The notes under the pieces: model-generated | The model's database searches: none | Seen by the model: only the letters and a program-made list of their open reading frames with translations | What the model was told of the DNA's origin: nothing | Made by a program: the position numbers and the translations under genes | Origin: an uncultured Candidatus Saccharibacteria bacterium | Lineage (GTDB): Bacteria; Patescibacteriota; Minisyncoccia; Phycocordibacterales; UBA5272 | DNA: 58,786 nt | Assembly: GCA_964457775.1 (NCBI GenBank) | Contig: CAYWEW010000008.1 | Span: 1-58,786, forward strand | Direction: 5' to 3' | In this document: piece after piece, positions 34,392 through 43,789 of the stretch | How positions within the stretch are numbered: position 1 is the stretch's first letter | Layout of the letters: each line of letters opens with the position of its first letter

Positions 34392-34916
34392 TTATACTTT
34401 TATTTTTTTTGGGGAAGATTTTACTGGACTATCATATTCGGTCGGCATATTTTTCAACGCCTCCTTTATTTCGTTAGGAACAACCCTCTCCCAAGCCATT
34501 TGTAAAGATTTGCTGTACATTTTTTGCCAAAAAACAACATCTTCATTGCTTGGTTTTGACACGTCCCCTTTTTTTATAATACCAACCAAGTCGACATTTC
34601 CATCAAAATCAATATCGGTAAGTGTAACTTGATTTAATTCGTCACTAACCAGAACAACTATAACGACACCGTTTCCTACCATGTATTTAATTTTGAGATT
34701 GTTCTCGGGTATTTTGAGGTAAATACCAAGAAAGTCCAATCCGGAAACGCTGTCCTTAGTTGTAGGGATATTACAATTATCCAAAACAACACAAGTCATG
34801 AGTCCTGCAAGGTGATCCTCTATCGTTTCCTCTTCATAAAAAAATAAAGTGAAGACAGCTACAAAAACAAAAGAAAAAAGAGCCGCAGCTTTTACATGTT
34901 TAGAAAAATTTTTCAT
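34392..34916 (-). CDS. membrane-anchored hypothetical protein
   Basis: 174 aa with an N-terminal hydrophobic helix. Confidence 0.45.
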   Translation of the reverse strand: MKNFSKHVKAAALFSFVFVAVFTLFFYEEETIEDHLAGLMTCVVLDNCNIPTTKDSVSGLDFLGIYLKIPENNLKIKYMVGNGVVIVVLVSDELNQVTLTDIDFDGNVDLVGIIKKGDVSKPSNEDVVFWQKMYSKSLQMAWERVVPNEIKEALKNMPTEYDSPVKSSPKKIKV

Positions 34917-35110
34917 GTCCCCCCCTTTAGCAAAAATTTTACCTCTCTAGCAAGCCAAATTAGGTTGAGTCTTTTTTTATTATACAACATAATTTGATAG
35001 GAGTCAAAAAATGTTTTTACTTGTATTTAATTTATGAATTAAAACCAAAAGATAATGACTGCTTGATCTATCCCCTAGTCCCTAATCTGTAGTCCCTATA
35101 TACTATATAC

Positions 35111-36811
35111 ATGACAATTGTCTTTAATGATGAAAAACAAAATAATCAGTTAGCTGACCTTCGTAAAGATGAAGAAGAAGAACTGGTTAAGATACTTTCT
35201 GATAAATATAATTTACCTTATATAGACTTGCGAGGTCTTGCTCCTGAACCAGATGCATTACTTATACTAAAAGAAGATGAGTCTCGGGCGGCGGGACTAG
35301 TTGCATTCAAACTCGTCGGTAGAAAATTATATGTGGCGACATTGTCACCTGAAAATGAAAAAATGGAGGCCTTACTTAAACCATTAGAAGAAAATAATTA
35401 CGAACTTCTTTTGTTTATGTGTTCACACGCCTCCCTTGAACATGCTTATTCTCGCTACGCTGACCTTCACATGGGTCTAAAGGTTGAAAATGGAATGCTT
35501 GAGCTCACACCAGAAAAAATGGTTAAGTTAATGGCGAGTTTCAACACTGTACCTGAGATGACGAAAGTTTTTGACGATCTAGCAAAATCAATAATAGTTT
35601 ATAAAACGACTCGTCTTATAGAACTAATTATTGCTGGTGCACTTAAGTTTGGTGCGAGTGATATACACATAGAACCAGAAGAGCACAAGGTGCGTTTGAG
35701 ATATAGAATGAATGGTGTACTTCAAGATATATCTTTCTTTAATTTTGAAGACCTAAAAAGTATAACTAGTCGTTTCAAATTACTCGCGGGATTAAAACTT
35801 TCAACTAGTGCCATGGCTCAAGATGGACGTTTTGGTATTAATCTTGGTGACGTTGAAGTTGATGTTCGTGTTTCGGTTATTCCTGGAAATTATGGTGAGA
35901 GTTTCGTTATGCGTTTACTTGATCCAAGAAATGCGGTGACCGACCTTGGTAAAATCGCCTTCCCGGAAAAATTACGCGAGGCCGTGAAATATGCTCTAGG
36001 AAAACCAAACGGGGTAATTCTTACAACTGGACCAACAGGAAGTGGAAAGACAACGACTTTGTATGCTTTTCTTTATACGACTTATAATCCAGAAATAAAA
36101 ATCATTACGATTGAAGACCCTATTGAATATCATTTAGAAGGAATAAATCAAACACAAGTAAATGTAAAAAAGGGTTATACATTCGTGGCAGGATTACGTG
36201 CTGCCCTTCGTCAGGACCCTGATGTAATTATGGTTGGTGAAATTCGTGATGAAGATACTGCAAAAGTTGCAATCAACGCCGCTCTTACTGGTCACCTTGT
36301 ATTCTCAACCCTTCACACCAATAATGCTGCTGGTACAATTCCCCGACTTATTGATCTAGGAATAAATCCAAAAGTGCTTGCGAGTGCCCTTTCACTTTCT
36401 CTTGCTCAACGTCTTGTAAGAAAATTATGTAATGAATGTAAACAAAAGTATGAAACAAATGAAAAAGAGGCACGAGTTATAACTAATGTATTAGGTGAAA
36501 TGAAAACTTCTGGAAAGATAGAATCAATGTTGGGACACTCACCAGAACTTAGTTACAATCTTTTTCATGCGGTTGGGTGTTTAAGCTGTGCCGGAAGTGG
36601 CTACAAAGGGCGTATTGGAATATTTGAAGCTGTAGTTATGAATGCTGAGGTTGAAAAGGTTCTAATCACTAATCCAAGTGAAAGAGAGATTGTTATTGCT
36701 TCAAAAAATCAAGGAATTCCATCACTTCGCGAGGATGCTATACTTAAGGTGTTGGAGGGAATCACCTCCTTTGATGAAGTTTCTCGCGTAGTTGATTTGT
36801 ACGCTGAATAG
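35111..36811 (+). CDS. pilB: type II/IV secretion ATPase, PilB/GspE family
   Basis: GPTGSGKTTT Walker A, DPDVIMVGEIRD, GHLVFSTLHTN, and a tetracysteine motif CNECK...CLSCAGSGYKGR. Confidence 0.88.
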   Translation: MTIVFNDEKQNNQLADLRKDEEEELVKILSDKYNLPYIDLRGLAPEPDALLILKEDESRAAGLVAFKLVGRKLYVATLSPENEKMEALLKPLEENNYELLLFMCSHASLEHAYSRYADLHMGLKVENGMLELTPEKMVKLMASFNTVPEMTKVFDDLAKSIIVYKTTRLIELIIAGALKFGASDIHIEPEEHKVRLRYRMNGVLQDISFFNFEDLKSITSRFKLLAGLKLSTSAMAQDGRFGINLGDVEVDVRVSVIPGNYGESFVMRLLDPRNAVTDLGKIAFPEKLREAVKYALGKPNGVILTTGPTGSGKTTTLYAFLYTTYNPEIKIITIEDPIEYHLEGINQTQVNVKKGYTFVAGLRAALRQDPDVIMVGEIRDEDTAKVAINAALTGHLVFSTLHTNNAAGTIPRLIDLGINPKVLASALSLSLAQRLVRKLCNECKQKYETNEKEARVITNVLGEMKTSGKIESMLGHSPELSYNLFHAVGCLSCAGSGYKGRIGIFEAVVMNAEVEKVLITNPSEREIVIASKNQGIPSLREDAILKVLEGITSFDEVSRVVDLYAE

Positions 36812-36816
36812 ATTAT

Positions 36817-36868
36817 AGTCGAAAGTCTATAAAGTCAAAAATCCATAAAGTAACTTTGGACTTTAAAC
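36817..36868. repeat. empty AAAGTC-iteron palindromic element
   Basis: AGTCGAAAGTCTATAAAGTCAAAAATCCATAAAGTAA is followed directly by the inverted CTTTGGACTTTAAAC. The left arm is near-identical to 4574-4610. Confidence 0.6.
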
Positions 36869-36889
36869 TATCACTTTCTTTTAAATAAA

Positions 36890-37315
36890 ATATTAGCTAC
36901 GAGGCGCAACAGATTTTTGAGACCAAGATGTACGAGTATCGAGAAGCTTGGCTTCGAAGAGTTCCGTAGCTAGAAAGCGAGGGAACAAAACATTTCAGCA
37001 AAAATCTGTTGCAACAAAGTAGATGATGTTTTATTGGAAATGAAAAAACCCATATACCTCTAAGCAACCCCTTGGTGAAGAATAATCCTTCGTGAGGATA
37101 GGCACAGTACGTAACAAGTACGACCAGACCGTCCTTCGAAATAGAAAATGGGAGAAACTCCCGATTGTTTAGAGATATATAGGTTCTGACAAAGATTCAT
37201 ACGTCGTTTGTTCGTTAACAAAAATCATTATGTACTTTGTAGGAAAGAGGGACGGCTGTTTTTTCAGCATCACCAATTGGTGAATTTTCACTTCTACGTC
37301 TCTCCTACAAAATAC
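36890..37315 (+). ncRNA. candidate large structured RNA of unknown class
   Basis: No ORF. Helices: 36894-36901/36965-36972, 36906-36919/36999-37012 (14 bp, crossing the first, so pseudoknot topology), 37058-37067/37165-37174 (with a G-U pair), 37238-37254/37297-37310, plus local hairpins. Confidence 0.35.
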
Positions 37316-37407
37316 ACATCGATTTTCATTTATTGACAAAATCCGTATGAACTGTATCTATTATATCATATATAAAACTTTTGTCAAATACTTTTTTATA
37401 ACCCAAA

Positions 37408-38391
37408 ATGACCCCTTTAGACCCTACAATTGAACTCGAAGAAACCAGACATTTAGACAGTACTCTTCGACCTGAGAAATTTTCTGAATATATTGGTCAG
37501 GAAACCATAAAAAAGAACCTCCATATACTCCTTACAGCAGCACGCGAGCGTAATACTCCACCAGAACACATACTTTTATATGGTCCGCCAGGACTTGGAA
37601 AGACTACACTTGCTCATCTAATCGCAAAGGAGTTAAATGCGAACTTAAAATTATCTAGTGGTCCAGCAATTATGAAAGTTGGGGACTTGGCTGCTATTTT
37701 AACCAACCTCACCCCGGGTGATATTTTGTTTATTGATGAAATTCATCGGCTTAATAAAATGATTGAGGAAGTGCTTTATCCAGCAATGGAGTCAGGTAAA
37801 TTAGATATTGTTATTGGTAAGGGTCCGTCCGCCCGTACTATACAACTAGACCTTCCACCTTTTACATTAATCGGTGCAACGACTCGTATATCACTTCTGT
37901 CATCCCCTCTTCGTTCACGTTTCTCAGGAGGCACTTATCGTCTTCAATATTATAACGAGGATGAAATAGCAACAATAGTAGAAAACAGTGCGAAGATTTT
38001 AGGAATAACTATCCCAAATGACGCTGCGCTTGAAATAGCAAAGCGTTCAAGATTCACTCCACGTATTGCTAACTATTATCTTAAACGTGCTCGTGATTAT
38101 GCTCAGGTACATAAAGCAATTATTGATAAAGACGTAGTTGATACATCCCTCGCATTACTTGAAATTGATGAGTTCGGTATTGGCATATCAGAAAGAATGG
38201 TATTGGATGCTCTCGTTAATACATTTAATGGCAACCCTGTCGGTATTAATACGTTAGCTGCATCTACCGGTGAGGAAGAGGCAACCATTGCTGATGTTAC
38301 GGAGCCGTATCTTCTTCAAATCGGAATGATAGAAAGAACTCCTCGTGGTAGAAAGGCTACAGAAAAAGCAATTCTTCATTTTAAAAAATAA
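37408..38391 (+). CDS. ruvB: Holliday junction DNA helicase RuvB
   Basis: LRPEKFSEYIGQE, GPPGLGKTTLA, ILFIDEIHRL, TLIGATTR. Confidence 0.92.
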   Translation: MTPLDPTIELEETRHLDSTLRPEKFSEYIGQETIKKNLHILLTAARERNTPPEHILLYGPPGLGKTTLAHLIAKELNANLKLSSGPAIMKVGDLAAILTNLTPGDILFIDEIHRLNKMIEEVLYPAMESGKLDIVIGKGPSARTIQLDLPPFTLIGATTRISLLSSPLRSRFSGGTYRLQYYNEDEIATIVENSAKILGITIPNDAALEIAKRSRFTPRIANYYLKRARDYAQVHKAIIDKDVVDTSLALLEIDEFGIGISERMVLDALVNTFNGNPVGINTLAASTGEEEATIADVTEPYLLQIGMIERTPRGRKATEKAILHFKK

Positions 38392-38463
38392 CAGCACCCT
38401 GTTACTGGTGCTGTCTACTTTTCTAACGTCACCAATAATTTATACTTGGTGACCTTGACCTGA

Positions 38464-39015
38464 TTATTCACTTCTGATTGCTTGAAGTTGGCCTCTTCTT
38501 AATTCCTTTTCTTCAAGTTTTCTTCTTTTAACTGCCGGGGGTATTGGTTCGGTACAAAGAAAATAGAAAAAGGTGATGACTGTTATTGCTAATACTAGAT
38601 TATTTGTTGTTGATGATTGAATTGAGCTGGAGACGTTATTTATTGCCTGCCACATAAAAAAACTGATTATTGATGTAACTTTACAAACCATCATTTCAAT
38701 CGTTGTCCTGTTTTTGTTTGGACTTTTCTTCGCATTTGAAACGATTGTTTTTATGAATGAACTTTTATTAGCTATAGATAAAACTATTATTGAAGCAAAA
38801 CATGCTCCTAAAAAATAGGATATGGTTGCTTCTTTTTTGTCATCAATAAAAAAAATTGCCAAAGCGTCAAATGTTGGGAACAAAAAAATGAATGTTGTAT
38901 TTGCCCACCATACATTGTCTTTTCCAAAATGAATATCTGACCACCAACAAAATTTTGTTAGTAGGTCGGTGATTGAGTTATCAATCTTCCTTAGTGCCTC
39001 CAAACTATTAGACAC
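38464..39015 (-). CDS. membrane hypothetical protein
   Basis: 183 aa with 4 hydrophobic helices. Confidence 0.4.
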   Translation of the reverse strand: MSNSLEALRKIDNSITDLLTKFCWWSDIHFGKDNVWWANTTFIFLFPTFDALAIFFIDDKKEATISYFLGACFASIIVLSIANKSSFIKTIVSNAKKSPNKNRTTIEMMVCKVTSIISFFMWQAINNVSSSIQSSTTNNLVLAITVITFFYFLCTEPIPPAVKRRKLEEKELRRGQLQAIRSE

Positions 39016-39130
39016 GACATTCTCCTTTTAAGAACAATTATTTATAATCTACATTTTAGTTGTCTTGTTGTCAAAGACAAATTTGATGCTGAATCTAGTA
39101 TCTAATATATCTTATATGTATACTATCTCT

Positions 39131-39634
39131 ATGAATTATCCAACTGTCCGCATTATTGGTATCGATCCCGGTTTTGATAGATTAGGTGTTTGTATTTTGG
39201 ATAAAAATGGAAACAAAGAAGAATTAATTCATTCACAATGTATAACTACCTCTAAAAAAGAAAGCTTTGAAGTACGTCTGGCAGAAATTGGAGAACAGTT
39301 GACCAAAATTCTTAAAAAATACAAACCAAATGAGCTCGCAATCGAAACACTATTCTTTACCACAAATCAAAAAACTATCATAACAGTGGCGGAAGTTCGT
39401 GGTATATGTATTTATCTTTCTCATATAAATGATGTGACTATACATGAATATTCACCCCCTCAAATTAAGGTCGCTGTGACTGGTTATGGCAAAGCAAATA
39501 AGGTTGACATCGCTCATATGATTCCAAAAATCCTTGGAAAACAAATGAAAAGTGGCATACTAGACGATGAAATAGATGCCATTGCTATAGCTCTTACTCA
39601 TAGTGCACACAGGAAGACAATCTCTTGGAAATAG
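39131..39634 (+). CDS. ruvC: crossover junction endodeoxyribonuclease RuvC
   Basis: RIIGIDPGFDRLGVCIL...ELAIETLFF.....AEVRG...GYGKA.K.....M. Start placed at MNYPTV; the tracked ORF begins at 39065. Confidence 0.85.
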   Translation: MNYPTVRIIGIDPGFDRLGVCILDKNGNKEELIHSQCITTSKKESFEVRLAEIGEQLTKILKKYKPNELAIETLFFTTNQKTIITVAEVRGICIYLSHINDVTIHEYSPPQIKVAVTGYGKANKVDIAHMIPKILGKQMKSGILDDEIDAIAIALTHSAHRKTISWK

Positions 39635-39718
39635 TTACTGTTAATAAACTTTGATTTTTTACTTGCATTGATTTAAATAAGATGTTATCTTTTCATACAT
39701 TAATACTATTGTTTATTT

Positions 39719-39895
39719 ATGCTTATTGAAGAAGAACCAAAAATTGTGGGGGAAATAAATCCAGATGCCCTAGAGGGTGTTTTTGATGAAATTATTGTTG
39801 AGGAGGAAACTATTATCTTTAGTAGTAATCATGATGATGACGAAGATGCTAATGCACTTGATATTCCATTTACTGATGATAATGATGATTGGTAG
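39719..39895 (+). CDS. small acidic ORF (58 aa), hypothetical
   Basis: Manual translation: MLIEEEPKIVGEINPDALEGVFDEIIVEEETIIFSSNHDDDEDANALDIPFTDDNDDW. Below the ORF-track size cut-off. Confidence 0.3.
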   Translation: MLIEEEPKIVGEINPDALEGVFDEIIVEEETIIFSSNHDDDEDANALDIPFTDDNDDW

Positions 39896-39902
39896 AATAA
39901 AT

Positions 39903-40006
39903 AGTCTAAAGTCCTTAAAGTTAAAAGTTGTCAAGTAAGTAAAAAACAAGAAACATTTGGTTTCTTGTTTTTACTTTATACTTTACAGACTTTTTACTTT
40001 CGAACT
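39903..40006. repeat. AAAGTC-iteron palindromic element with central hairpin
   Basis: Forward array 39903-39945 (TAGTCTAAAGTCCTTAAAGTTAAAAGTT...). Hairpin CAAGAAAC-ATTTGG-TTTCTTG. Inverted array 39968-40006, ending in CTTTCGAAC. Confidence 0.6.
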
Positions 40007-40037
40007 AGTAAGTTCGCGGCTTGGCCGTAAATTAATT

Positions 40038-41231
40038 CTACTCAACCACTATTCTTACAAATCTTTTCTTTCCAATTTTTAAAATTACATTTCTTGCTTT
40101 TTCTTTCGCATCTTTAATAACATCTCCTTTCTCATCTGCTACTGCATTATTCTCTACCAATCTTCTCCATTCTGTTTTTGATGAAACAATTTCATTTTCA
40201 ATAAGTAGGTCTACTATTTCTCTTTCGATTGTTGATTTAATTTCTATTATATTTTCTGGTATACCACCTTTTGAAAAAGTTTCTACCCATGAATTTTTGG
40301 CTAATGCCGCATCTTTTTCCGTGTGATAAAGGGTTACCAATTCTACCCCTAGTATCATTTTTATATCGCGCGGGTTTGCTCCGTTCTTAAGCTCTAATTC
40401 CATTTTCTGTATATCTTCAAGTGACATGTCTGTGCAAAGTAAAAAGTATTTTATAATCAAATCATCATGTATAGACATCACCTTACCAAACATCATATCT
40501 GGATCATCCACAATAGAAATAATATTACCCCATGACGTAGACATTTTTCTTCCGTCTGTTCCATCTAACATTGATAAGGTTACTACACTTTGCTTTGGCA
40601 TTCCATACTGCTCTTGAATAACTCTTCCTGCTTTTAAGTTGAATAATTGATCATTGCCCCCTATTTCTACATCGGCTTTTACAACTACAGAGTCATATCC
40701 CTGCATTATCGGATACAGAAATTCTCTTAATGATATTTCGGTGCCATTATCATATCTATCTTTGAAATTACGACGGGAGAGCATTTGCTGTACTGAAAAA
40801 CATTCTGCGAGTGTTACTATCTCTCCAAAAGTAAGTTTTGAAAGCCAGTCGTTGTTGTATACGAATTCTGTTTTTGAAATATCTAAAATTTTAGAAATTT
40901 GACTCTTATAATCTTTTAGATTCTCATCAATTTGGGCGCGTGTTAACATTGGACGTTTTTCTGTCTTATCTGAAGCGTCTCCAACTTGAGCAGTAAAGTC
41001 ACCAACAATAAAAACAACTTGATGTCCTAGTCTTTGGAATTCTCTTAATTTACGAAGTGGCACAGCTCTTCCTATATGTATCTTTCCTCCAGTTGGATCG
41101 ACACCTAGTTTTATACGTAATTGTTTGCCAGACATTAAAGCAGACTTTAATTCTTCTTTTACAATAATATCCTCCACTCCACGAGTAAGTAATTCATCTA
41201 TTTTTTTCTCATCTGTAATGATTTTGTCCAT
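40038..41231 (-). CDS. tyrS: tyrosine--tRNA ligase
   Basis: GKIHIGR (HIGH), GGNDQLFN, KMSTS (KMSKS), C-terminal S4-like domain. Confidence 0.85.
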   Translation of the reverse strand: MDKIITDEKKIDELLTRGVEDIIVKEELKSALMSGKQLRIKLGVDPTGGKIHIGRAVPLRKLREFQRLGHQVVFIVGDFTAQVGDASDKTEKRPMLTRAQIDENLKDYKSQISKILDISKTEFVYNNDWLSKLTFGEIVTLAECFSVQQMLSRRNFKDRYDNGTEISLREFLYPIMQGYDSVVVKADVEIGGNDQLFNLKAGRVIQEQYGMPKQSVVTLSMLDGTDGRKMSTSWGNIISIVDDPDMMFGKVMSIHDDLIIKYFLLCTDMSLEDIQKMELELKNGANPRDIKMILGVELVTLYHTEKDAALAKNSWVETFSKGGIPENIIEIKSTIEREIVDLLIENEIVSSKTEWRRLVENNAVADEKGDVIKDAKEKARNVILKIGKKRFVRIVVE

Positions 41232-41288
41232 AGGTTTAATACTAACATATACCCTGTATTTCTTTAAGTATTATGCTAACATATTCAT

Positions 41289-43469
41289 ATGACTTCCTCT
41301 TATTCAACTAGGAAAATTAAGGTAAAAAATAGAATTTTTAGAGAAATATTTTTAGTTTTTATTTCTTTAGGTATTGTTTTTTTTGCTTTATTAGCAATTT
41401 GGTTATCTACAATACAACTTCCTGATTTCAATAATTTTGAAAACAGGTATGTTGCAAATTCGACGAAGATTTATGATCGTACCGGAAAAATAGTTCTTTA
41501 TAATATTCATGACAATATTAAAAGAACTGAAGTTGATTTATCTGAAATGAATCTTTACATTCAACAAGCAACAATTTCTATTGAGGATTCACATTTTTAT
41601 GAACATTATGGTTTTAGACCAACTTCATTTATTAGAGCTGTTATTGCTAACCTAACTGCTGGTGGCTATTCACAAGGTGGTTCAACTATTAATCAACAAG
41701 TTGTAAAAAATGCACTCTTAACAAGAGAAAAAACTATTACGAGAAAAATAAAAGAAATAGTACTTTCAATTAAACTCGACCGTGAAGTTTCTAAAGATAT
41801 GATTTTGCAAATATATTTAAATGAGAGTCCGTATGGAGGAACCATTTATGGTGTTGAGGAAGCCTCTCTTTCATATTTCAATAAACATGCAAAAGATGTG
41901 ACGTTAACTGAGGCTGCTTATCTTGCAGCTTTACCTCAATCACCAACTTACTATTCTCCTTATGGAAAACATACTGATTTACTTGAAAAAAGAAAAAATT
42001 TAGTTTTGGAAAGAATGTTTGAACTTGGATATATTACTGCGGAGGAAAAAAATAGGTCTCAAAAGGAAACTGTAGTTTTTGAAAAGAATGCATCAAATAG
42101 TGGTAAAGCTCTTCATTTTGTTATGTATATACGTGATTACCTTGAACAAAAATATGGTGAGGATGTTGTAAGAAATGGAGGATTGAAAGTTATAACAACT
42201 GTTAATTATGATTTACAAAAACAACTTGAAGATATTATAAGTGATGGAGCTCTTTTAAATGAAAAGAAATTTAAAGCAAAAAATTCTGGTCTAGTTGCAA
42301 TCGATCCAAGAACTGGACAAATATTAGCTATGGTAGGTTCTCGTAATTTTTTTGATACAGAAATTCCTGGTCAATTTAATATTACAACAGCATTACGTCA
42401 ACCAGGTTCTTCAATCAAACCAATTGTTTATGCTGCCGCCTTCTCGCTTGGTTATACACCTGAAACTGTAGTTTTTGATGTTCCAACTCAATTCAGTACA
42501 TTGTGTGATGCATATGGTAATCCCTTAAAATCAACTACGGATAAGTCTGTTTGTTATATGCCAGTTAACTTTGATGATAAATTCCGTGGACCTATTTCAC
42601 TTAGAAATGCTCTTGCTCAGTCATTGAATATTCCTGCAGTAAAAATTCTTTATCTTACTGGATTAAATAATGCTGTGACTTTAGCTCAGTCGATGGGATT
42701 ATCAACTATTACAGACCCTGCTCGTTATGGGCTGTCTATGGTATTAGGTGGTGGGGAAATTACTTTACTTGAACTAACAAACGCTTATGGAGTTTTTGCT
42801 AATAAGGGTGTTTATAATAAACCGCAAGGAATACTTGAAGTCAGAGATATTGATGGAACAATTCTAGAGAAATTCTCAACTGAAGATAAAGAAGTTATTT
42901 CTGAATCGGTGGCTGCACTTATCTCCAGTGTTCTTTCTGACCAGGAGGCAAAAATACCTTCTTATGGGGCAAACTCCCCACTTTCTTTTGGAGATAGACC
43001 TGTTGCCTCTAAAACTGGTACAACAAATGATTATCGTGACTTGTGGGTTATTGGATATACACCTTCTGTTGTTGTAGGTGTTTGGGGTGGTAATAATGAT
43101 AATACTCCAATTGATAAGAAGGTGGCTGGACTTGTACTTGCTCCTATTTGGCACAAAGCTATGGCTGTAGCAATCGGAACATCATCAGTTGAGTATTTTC
43201 CTGACCCATTACCTAACACGTCGTCTAAACCGATTTTAAGAGGTAACTATTGTTCTTCTGATGGATTACATACAATACTTAATTCTGTTATAAAAGATAA
43301 TCCTGATGGACCTTATCCAAATAATCCAACAAATGACTCTCAGTATAATTTATGGGATATTGGAATACAGAATTGGATTAATAAAAATGGTAACCCTTGC
43401 CAATCAGTACAAACTTTACCAAATGTACCAACTGGTGTGGAAATTGGGACAACGACAGTTACGAACTAG
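41289..43469 (+). CDS. bifunctional penicillin-binding protein 1A (GT51 transglycosylase + transpeptidase)
   Basis: EDSHFYEHYG, GGSTINQQ, RKIKE (GT51); SSIKP, SLN, KTGTT (transpeptidase). Confidence 0.88.
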   Translation: MTSSYSTRKIKVKNRIFREIFLVFISLGIVFFALLAIWLSTIQLPDFNNFENRYVANSTKIYDRTGKIVLYNIHDNIKRTEVDLSEMNLYIQQATISIEDSHFYEHYGFRPTSFIRAVIANLTAGGYSQGGSTINQQVVKNALLTREKTITRKIKEIVLSIKLDREVSKDMILQIYLNESPYGGTIYGVEEASLSYFNKHAKDVTLTEAAYLAALPQSPTYYSPYGKHTDLLEKRKNLVLERMFELGYITAEEKNRSQKETVVFEKNASNSGKALHFVMYIRDYLEQKYGEDVVRNGGLKVITTVNYDLQKQLEDIISDGALLNEKKFKAKNSGLVAIDPRTGQILAMVGSRNFFDTEIPGQFNITTALRQPGSSIKPIVYAAAFSLGYTPETVVFDVPTQFSTLCDAYGNPLKSTTDKSVCYMPVNFDDKFRGPISLRNALAQSLNIPAVKILYLTGLNNAVTLAQSMGLSTITDPARYGLSMVLGGGEITLLELTNAYGVFANKGVYNKPQGILEVRDIDGTILEKFSTEDKEVISESVAALISSVLSDQEAKIPSYGANSPLSFGDRPVASKTGTTNDYRDLWVIGYTPSVVVGVWGGNNDNTPIDKKVAGLVLAPIWHKAMAVAIGTSSVEYFPDPLPNTSSKPILRGNYCSSDGLHTILNSVIKDNPDGPYPNNPTNDSQYNLWDIGIQNWINKNGNPCQSVQTLPNVPTGVEIGTTTVTN

Positions 43470-43553
43470 ATGTAATAGATAGGTTTTAGATATTAGATAA
43501 TACGATACGAGTGGAACCTTTGGTTCCACTCGTATTTAAATAAAGTCTAATTT

Positions 43554-43787
43554 TTAAAATCTGGTCGAGTACCCCTTATCTTTTAAAACTTCACTAATAT
43601 TCTTTTGATGAAGCTTTTGTTTTAATACTGATGAAACTATAAATATAACTTCTTTTTTTGAAATAGTTATCATATTATCGTTTAAATCAATTCCTGTTTT
43701 TTCTTTAATATAATTAATTACTTCTTCTTTAGAATTTTTTTGTTTTTTTATCTGTATTAAGTGTTTTACAAATAACGATTCATCCAT
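43554..43787 (-). CDS. hypothetical small protein downstream of dnaN
   Basis: 77-aa ORF, 2 nt after the dnaN stop. Confidence 0.35.
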   Translation of the reverse strand: MDESLFVKHLIQIKKQKNSKEEVINYIKEKTGIDLNDNMITISKKEVIFIVSSVLKQKLHQKNISEVLKDKGYSTRF

Positions 43788-43789
43788 AC

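Noticed and set aside
36890-37315. RNase P RNA (rnpB), tmRNA, SRP RNA or a group I intron as the identity of the structured spacer
   Set aside because: GGAAAGAGGGACGG/CCGTCC vaguely resembles the P4 strands, but they occur in the wrong 5'-3' order and other universally conserved RNase P blocks are missing. There is no tRNA-like 5'/3' pairing or tag ORF for tmRNA, and no GNAR-capped helix 8 for SRP. There are no flanking exon (tRNA or rRNA) halves for an intron.
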